Positions 52,784-59,102 of a stretch of DNA of 59,102 nucleotides are shown one piece after another. The stretch's first letter is position 1. The number at the start of each line of letters is the position of its first letter. This DNA is from Girardia tigrina (lineage: Eukaryota). The DNA lies in the NCBI GenBank assembly GCA_001938485.1, contig MQRK01219643.1, forward strand, positions 3,601 through 62,702, read 5' to 3'. The translations under genes and the position numbers were made by a program. The notes beneath the pieces are model-generated. The model ran no database searches, had not been told where the DNA came from, and saw only the letters and a program-made list of their open reading frames with translations.

Positions 52784-52893
52784 AATATTAATTGATTATT
52801 TAGCGGTCCCTCAAATAATTTATGATAAAAAATACATCGAAAAAAATTAAAAATTCTCTCCAATAAGTAATTAATCTTCACAAATCGAATTAC

Positions 52894-53039
52894 TGGATTT
52901 TTGCTGCATAAAACATATCCAATCTGTCCATTCGTGTATGAAGGTACACAGCCGCTAGCATATTTTACAACCGGAAAAATTGATTTGCATATTTTCAAAA
53001 GTCTCGTAATTATATCAAATTCGAGCCAAATATTTTGAC
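52894..53039 (-). CDS. SRM: Spermidine synthase downstream exon (open frame)
   Basis: GQNIWLEFDII...FPVVKYA...VPSYTNGQIGYVLCSKNP; phase 1 matches the preceding exon. Terminal exon not confidently found. Confidence 0.85.
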
Positions 53040-54893
53040 CTAAATAAATGTTCAAATATGTTTATTTTTAAAATAATTGCTCATAATTACACAAAAATTT
53101 TTAAAGATTCATAATACAATGGTCGCCAAAAGTTTAAGATCACTTTAAAAATTTTGTTAATTTGTCTGAATTTTAAGAACGAGAAGATGACCAACAAAAT
53201 TCATCAGAATAAATGATCAGCAAAATTGTTTGAGGAATTTTAAAAATAAAAAAAATAAAATTATTGCATTCAAAAAATAATTAAAATTCATGTTTATATT
53301 TATTTTTCAATCGAGTTTGTTATTTGTGATAATTTTTTGTTTAACTCCATTAATAAAATAATTTTGGCACGAAAATTGTTAATAGTGATTTGAAAGTCGC
53401 CATTGTAAATATATGTTGAATTTCTTGATAAATAAAAGTTTATGCGTTACGTTGTTTGTGTTTTTTTTTTGAAAAAGGAATTTTAACTGCTAAAGAAATT
53501 GATGTTTAACGTAACGGACTAAGGAATTGATTCCGTATTATTTTCCAAACTCAACCGTGCGCTCTCTCTCACACAATCCAAAGAAATTTCTTTGGCGCAA
53601 GTTTTTGTCTTAAAAATATGGAATATTTGGACAATGTGAAATGCATCTCGGATTTGATGGGAGCAATGAAGGATAAATCGATCAATTTTGAAATGAAAGG
53701 AGATATAGATATTGACAATTTATATCCGGATTTGAGTCGGTCCCAGATGACAGAAGAATTGATTTTGAATTTCTGTGAAATTTGTCAGATTGAAGAGTCA
53801 TTGGATGGGAACAGCTCAGAATCTATTTCCAAAGTATGTGAAAGGGAATCGGGCGGTCGTGGTGAGACGGAGATGAAAGAATTGAATAAGAAAATCAACA
53901 TACTTTCGAGTAAATTAATTTTTCCCCCCGACCTCACGTCCGCCGTACGACTCCAGGGTGCTCTCGCATCAAAAACATTAAGAAATTGCGTTGAATCAAT
54001 TTATTTATCATGCATGTACATTTGTTATTTTGAAAGAAATATCAATTGTAGAGATAATTTTCTTGATATAATAATTAAATAACGTTTGTTGGTGATTATG
54101 AGGAGTTAGTTAAAAATTAATATCGCTAAATAGTTTATTTAGAAAATTCAAATTTAATATTATAATTTTAAAAATTCAAAAAATAAACTATTGATTCAAA
54201 GATTCTCCGATCCATGAATATACTCCCATTCCTTCGGTGGTGGTTTAGGAGCACCATTTTGGTATAAATAATAGAATCAGAATTCTGACATCAAGTAGGA
54301 CAGATGACAGGAAGGCAATGTCTTGGTAATACACTAAGGAAATGATGGAAGTCCTATTTATAAACGAAATTGTATCTTGAAAAGTACCCAATCAAAATCA
54401 TGGGGAAACTTGAATAATTTATAATATGGATCGTCCATATGTTTCCTTTGATTCGTGTCGAGTTTATGTAGGCCAACAAGTGAAAGATCAAATATTAAGA
54501 GAAACGCTGAGATGATCGTCATCCCAGATGGATTGGCTCCGTTTATACATGCAGGAGACATGAATTTTTCGTTCCTTGAAAGATTTAAAATTTGTTCGTG
54601 TTAATAAATGGCAGAACTCTGATTCTGTTGTTGATATCAAAAATGGCACTCGTAAACCAGCACCGAAGGAATCGGTTGGTCCATGAGTCCATGGTCGAAT
54701 CTTTGAATGAATGGAAAACTGAAACCATACAAAACTCAATAATATAAACAGGATTTAGCTCGAACCATGAGGAATGGTATACAATGCGAGTCTTGAGCTG
54801 CTTCAAACCAGAGTGAAAAATTCCTCTACGATAGTATTTCCAGGGAAGATGTGGATGATCAGGACACAGTGTTTATATGATCAAGATGATGTA

Positions 54894-56888
54894 TTGGGTT
54901 GGCCAAAAAATCATTGCGTTTTTGAGTACGTCCTAATAAAAAGCTTGAAAATATAAAACGACGTGATACAATTTAAATTCAATTATATATTCTGAAACCT
55001 TAATTTCCAGACTATGTTTATACAAAATATTATTTGATTTTGTTTTAATTTATTACTTTACCGTCAATTCGAAATGGAAAATCAAAATGAGCATATTCGT
55101 CATGTTTTGTTGCATTATTTTCGCAAAGGGAAAACCGCTGTGCAAGCTCATAAGAAGATATGTTTTGTATGTGGTAGTTGTAGTGTACCACCTTTTTTTT
55201 GGACATGTAGAGTTTTTGTGATTTTTTTTTACTTATTTTTGTGAGTATGTTAAAACCTCCTATTTTTTTATAGCATATGACATTTTATTTTATCTTTACT
55301 TAATATGTATTATTTATTTTTTCTTTTCGGGTGAAATTTTTTTTTTACTTTTTATTTATTTTCATGGAAATGATATTATTTATGATATTATTTATTTCCA
55401 AATTATATTGCCAAGGACAGTAATAATAAATAAAAAAACGATCAATAAAAAAAATTGATCACAAATTTAAAACTCAATTAGAATTTTGACTTTCGCCAAA
55501 ATTCTGTTCTGGATTTTTTTATCAAAATCTTTGGTTATTTCCACTTAACGAAAAGCAAATTCCGGTCCAGAATCATCGTCAACTGATTTATTTAATCTAG
55601 TTGATTATTTTAAGGACCGGAGACATAAAGAAGATCAGATACGGTTTCTCAATTCAAAAGCGTTCCGCCAGAGTTCCAGTTTGACAAAGACGGTTATTTA
55701 ATTCTTTTGTTGTGACTGACCAACCTGACTCCTTAATTCACTTTGTGATTCATTCTTGGTTGAAGATTCCCTCTTGTTATTTTTGTTAATCACTCTGTTG
55801 ATAGTTGCATATAATTATATTTTTATTGTCGTACGTTTTTTTTTATCTCAAAAGTTACGAGATTGCGTAGACGAGTTAGTGACGATCTTTGACTCACTAG
55901 CTCGTTTCCGTAATAGTAGTGACTCCTTAAAACTTCGAAAGTGTCAATACTGGTTTTCTAAATTTCGTTCTGAAAGATGCACCTCGCTCCGGTCGACCAG
56001 TTGAAGTTGATAGCGACAAAATAACAGCACTGACAAATCTAATCCACATATGACGACAAGAGAAGTTGCAGAGACTCTGGAAATATCAAAATCAAGTGTT
56101 GGAAGTCATTTAAAGAAACTTGGATTCGTCAGTAAACTCGATATGTGGTTACCACATTGAACTGAAAGAAATTCATTTGGTGAAACGTATAGACATTGCG
56201 ATTCCCTTTTGAAGCGAGAACAAAGTGATCCATTTTTGAAGCGCCTGATTACGGGTGACAAAAAATGGATTTTTTACAACAATGTGGAACGCCGGCGATC
56301 ATGGACAAAACGTGGTGAGCCTGCCAAAACAATCCCAAAAGCAGAAATTATGCTTTCTGTCTGGTGGGATTTTAAAGGAATTGTGTTTTTTGAACTCCTT
56401 CCGAGGAATGAAACCATCAATTCAGACAGATATTGTGATCAGCTGGAGAAATTGACTCATTCAATTCAACAGGAACGTCCTGAATTGGCAAATCGAAAAG
56501 GAGTTGTAATTCAGCATGATAACGCAAGACCACATACAAGTTTGACCACTCGCCAGAAACTCTTATCACTGGGTTGGGAGGCTTTGCCGCACCACCGTAT
56601 TCTCCAGACTTGGCCCCATCTGATTTTCACTTATTTAGATCACTGCAGAATTCCTTAAACAGAAAAACATTCGCCAGTGATGATGACATCAAATCGTTCC
56701 TAGACGGCTTTTTTGGTGACAAAGGCAAAGGTTTTTATGAATCAGGAATAATGAAGCTACCGGAAAGGTGGAAGAAAGTGACTGAAAATAATGGACAGTG
56801 TATTGTGTAAAAATATTTGTGCATCCATGTCATTTTTTGATAATAAATATTTTAGTAAAAAAACGCAATGACTTTTTGACCAACCCCA
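54894..56888 (+). mobile_element. Mariner, mellifera-like, defective, split by a solo LTR
   Basis: TA-flanked TIRs TTGGGTTGGCCAAAAAATCATTGCG; MENQNEHIRH at 55074, HDNARPH, YSPDLAPSDF. Confidence 0.93.
55179..55915. mobile_element. Solo LTR (737 bp) with a 5-bp TSD
   Basis: GTAGT|TGTAGTG...CGTAATA|GTAGT; removing it restores the mariner frame VCGSDSLKLRKCQYWF. Confidence 0.8.
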
Positions 56889-57213
56889 TAGAATGTTTGG
56901 ATGTCGTTAATCAATAAAGAATTATTGATATTTTAACTTCTAGATTTTTTAGTGAGAATTGAAAGCACCAAATTAAAAAATGTTATCGATACTATTTGGC
57001 GATATCTGTTACATATATACTCAATTTATTCCATGAATTGTTATTCAATTATTAATTATGTCTCATACTCGTGTGTTTTATATCTAATTTTTTAATAAAA
57101 TATTATTTTTATTTGTCGTTAACTAGAATGAGTGAAAACTTAAAATGAGAAAAAGCAATTTATGAAACAGAAAACAAGCAATCACAGAATATCAGTCAAA
57201 ATAATCGACAAAC

Positions 57214-57451
57214 CTTGAGAACACATAATCCCGTCTGGTCGCAGAGCATCGCAGATTAACTGGAAGTACTCAGCACCAAAGAGAGCTTCCCCGGGTCCCG
57301 CTGGATCTGTACTATCGGTGATTATCACATCGAACTCGTCCTTGTGTTTCTTGAGGTACTCGAAGCCATCATCAACAATGACAGTGGCTTTGCGGCTCTC
57401 GTAACCGACGGCAAGAAACGGAAGATATTTTTTACTTAGATCTATCACGTC
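57214..57451 (-). CDS. SRM: Spermidine synthase internal exon (open frame)
   Basis: DVIDLSKKYLP...DGFEYL...FDVIITDSTDPAGPGEALF...LRPDGIMCSQG; tag| and |gt boundaries. Confidence 0.88.
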
Positions 57452-58499
57452 CTACAATCATTAAGTCATTGATAGAGTTTTTTAATTGCAACGATATTGT
57501 ATATATTTAACTTGAAATTTGCAAATTTGTTAAGTTAAGATTTTTGATATTATTTTAATAATGTTCTGTAAAAATATATGTTAAATAATAATACTAAGAA
57601 CACCAATATGAGTTTTCACACATTTATTTCCATAACAGTTTGAATTGTCTTGGTGACAATTCTCAGCCAAGCTTTCATAATTTGACATCTCGCTAAATTG
57701 ATAAATTTTTGTCAATGACTTATTAATAAACAATTATTCGAACAAATTTTCATTTTAAATGATTTTCAGATTTTATTTTAATAATTCTATTTTTATAATT
57801 TCGTTAATAATTTTATCTAAAAATTCATTTAATTTTAAAAATGATTTTATTTAAAGAAAAACATTTATTTAATTAATTTAAAAATAAGTTAAAAATTATT
57901 TACTTTATTAAAATTTTTAATATTCATATATTAAACGATTTAATATTTTAAAAGTTTTTTTTAATATCTTATGTTGTAATTTAAAATGCAAAGTATGCTC
58001 GAATAAGTATTCATCGTGCACATCCAAAATACCAATTTTCCATATGGATTGGAGAAACAAATATCAAACTCACAATACAATATCCAACATAACAATTTCG
58101 ATATACGAAATTTAAAATATTCCTCACAAATAATATGTAGAAAGCTTAACTTGTCGGACACATAAATTACATTACACAGAATTTTACCTAATTATTTGAA
58201 AAATTGTGGTTCATTTTATATTAATCTTACTATTTGTTTTCCAAGTTTTTTAGTAAGTGAATCAAATACTGAGATTTCTTTAATATTTTATGTTCTGATT
58301 CATTTAATCAAAAAAACAATTGTAGAAACGGACACGATTTGAGTTAAAGTTGAATAATAGTTTTCATCAAAATTGTAAAATGCATTCCTGCTCCCCAAAA
58401 ATAATCCCTGGCCGAGAATCCGTCATCTTATTTTTAAGTAACCGAAACCTAAGGGAAAAATATATATTGCTTGCGTAACAAATACCTTCTCTAACTTAT

Positions 58500-58889
58500 T
58501 TTATAAAATATTCGTACCACGATTTCAGATGAAAATAAATATTTATATTTTTATTTATCTAATATTTTTCCAGCTATGCTTAATATATTTTTTATATTTA
58601 AAATTGAATATTTTTTGTAATTGTTTTTTCTGTTTTTAAAATTATTTCCAATTAATCTTTCTATACAAAACAAAAAAAAATAGTTTAAAAAAATGAGAAA
58701 AATAAATTTCATTTAAAATGTACATAAAATAAGCCAGTGAAGTTAGTGATTATATAATCAATATATATTTACTTTTGCTTCGGATTAGGTTACTTAAAAA
58801 AATCTATGTTTATAATAGTATGGTATGTTTATAATATTGCATATATTATCATATTTTTATTTTTGCTGGGGCCGCTACGGATCTATACC
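58500..58889. mobile_element. Partial copy of the 39994-40617 MITE family in the spermidine synthase intron
   Basis: Shared internal blocks and right-end TTTGCTGGGGCCGCTACGGATCTATACC. Confidence 0.65.
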
Positions 58890-58953
58890 AAAAAAGACTC
58901 ATTCGCCAAGCAAACAAACAATCTCAATAAATGGCCCATATCGATCGAATAAC

Positions 58954-59093
58954 CTCGTCAATCACGCATTAGATGATCTTGTGGTGCTTGGCAAATATCC
59001 CCCATGACTCCGCCATCGCATCTACCGACGTTGAGCACGTTACTGGATCTCGGGTGACTGTTGAGGGGCAGCATCGAGATCATTTCGCGATAT
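58954..59093 (-). pseudogene. SRM: Disabled spermidine synthase exon (dcSAM-binding region)
   Basis: YREMISMLPLNSHP...VLNVGRCDGGV (canonical GGGDGG altered), then a frameshift, a short deletion and an in-frame TAA before CVIDE|gt; abuts (TA)n at the window end. Confidence 0.75.
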
Positions 59094-59102
59094 ATATATA
59101 TA

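Noticed and set aside
53618-54890. 154-aa ORF and neighbouring minus-strand fragments as nested genes
   Set aside because: No recognisable domain or consistent splice structure; probably repeat remnants.
1-59102. CRISPR arrays, tRNAs, prokaryotic operons or defence systems
   Set aside because: No regularly spaced repeat-spacer array or cloverleaf seen by eye; the context is intron-containing eukaryotic DNA.

Overview
AT-rich eukaryotic (invertebrate-like) nuclear DNA with three N-gaps (128-364, 15771-15820, 43342-43391); no prokaryotic features. One complete host gene could be rebuilt by hand: a 12-exon, minus-strand, divergent kinesin-6 of the KIF23/MKLP1/Pavarotti type (42235->22964, about 753 aa, all splice phases consistent). 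At the right end is a minus-strand spermidine synthase whose upstream visible exon is disabled. An importin-7/8 pseudogene fragment and other orphan exons lie near 5.6-8.1 kb. Most of the rest is decayed mobile DNA: three Tc1 (two with introns), at least four mariners, a DD37E fragment, piggyBac, hAT, pogo/Tc2-like and Harbinger-like MITEs, a CsRN1-type Gypsy, a solo LTR, and two Penelope-like remnants with hammerhead-ribozyme motifs. Captured pieces include a cox1 NUMT inside a hAT shell, a 28S rRNA fragment inside a Penelope-like remnant, and a 473-bp local copy inside piggyBac. Most notable: (i) the rRNA-carrying Penelope/hammerhead chimera; (ii) recurrent microhomology-flanked deletions and templated insertions suggesting MMEJ-dominated repair; (iii) an MKLP1 apparently lacking its 14-3-3 and N-terminal CDK1 regulatory sites. 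All family assignments come from motif recognition by eye; no database searches were run.
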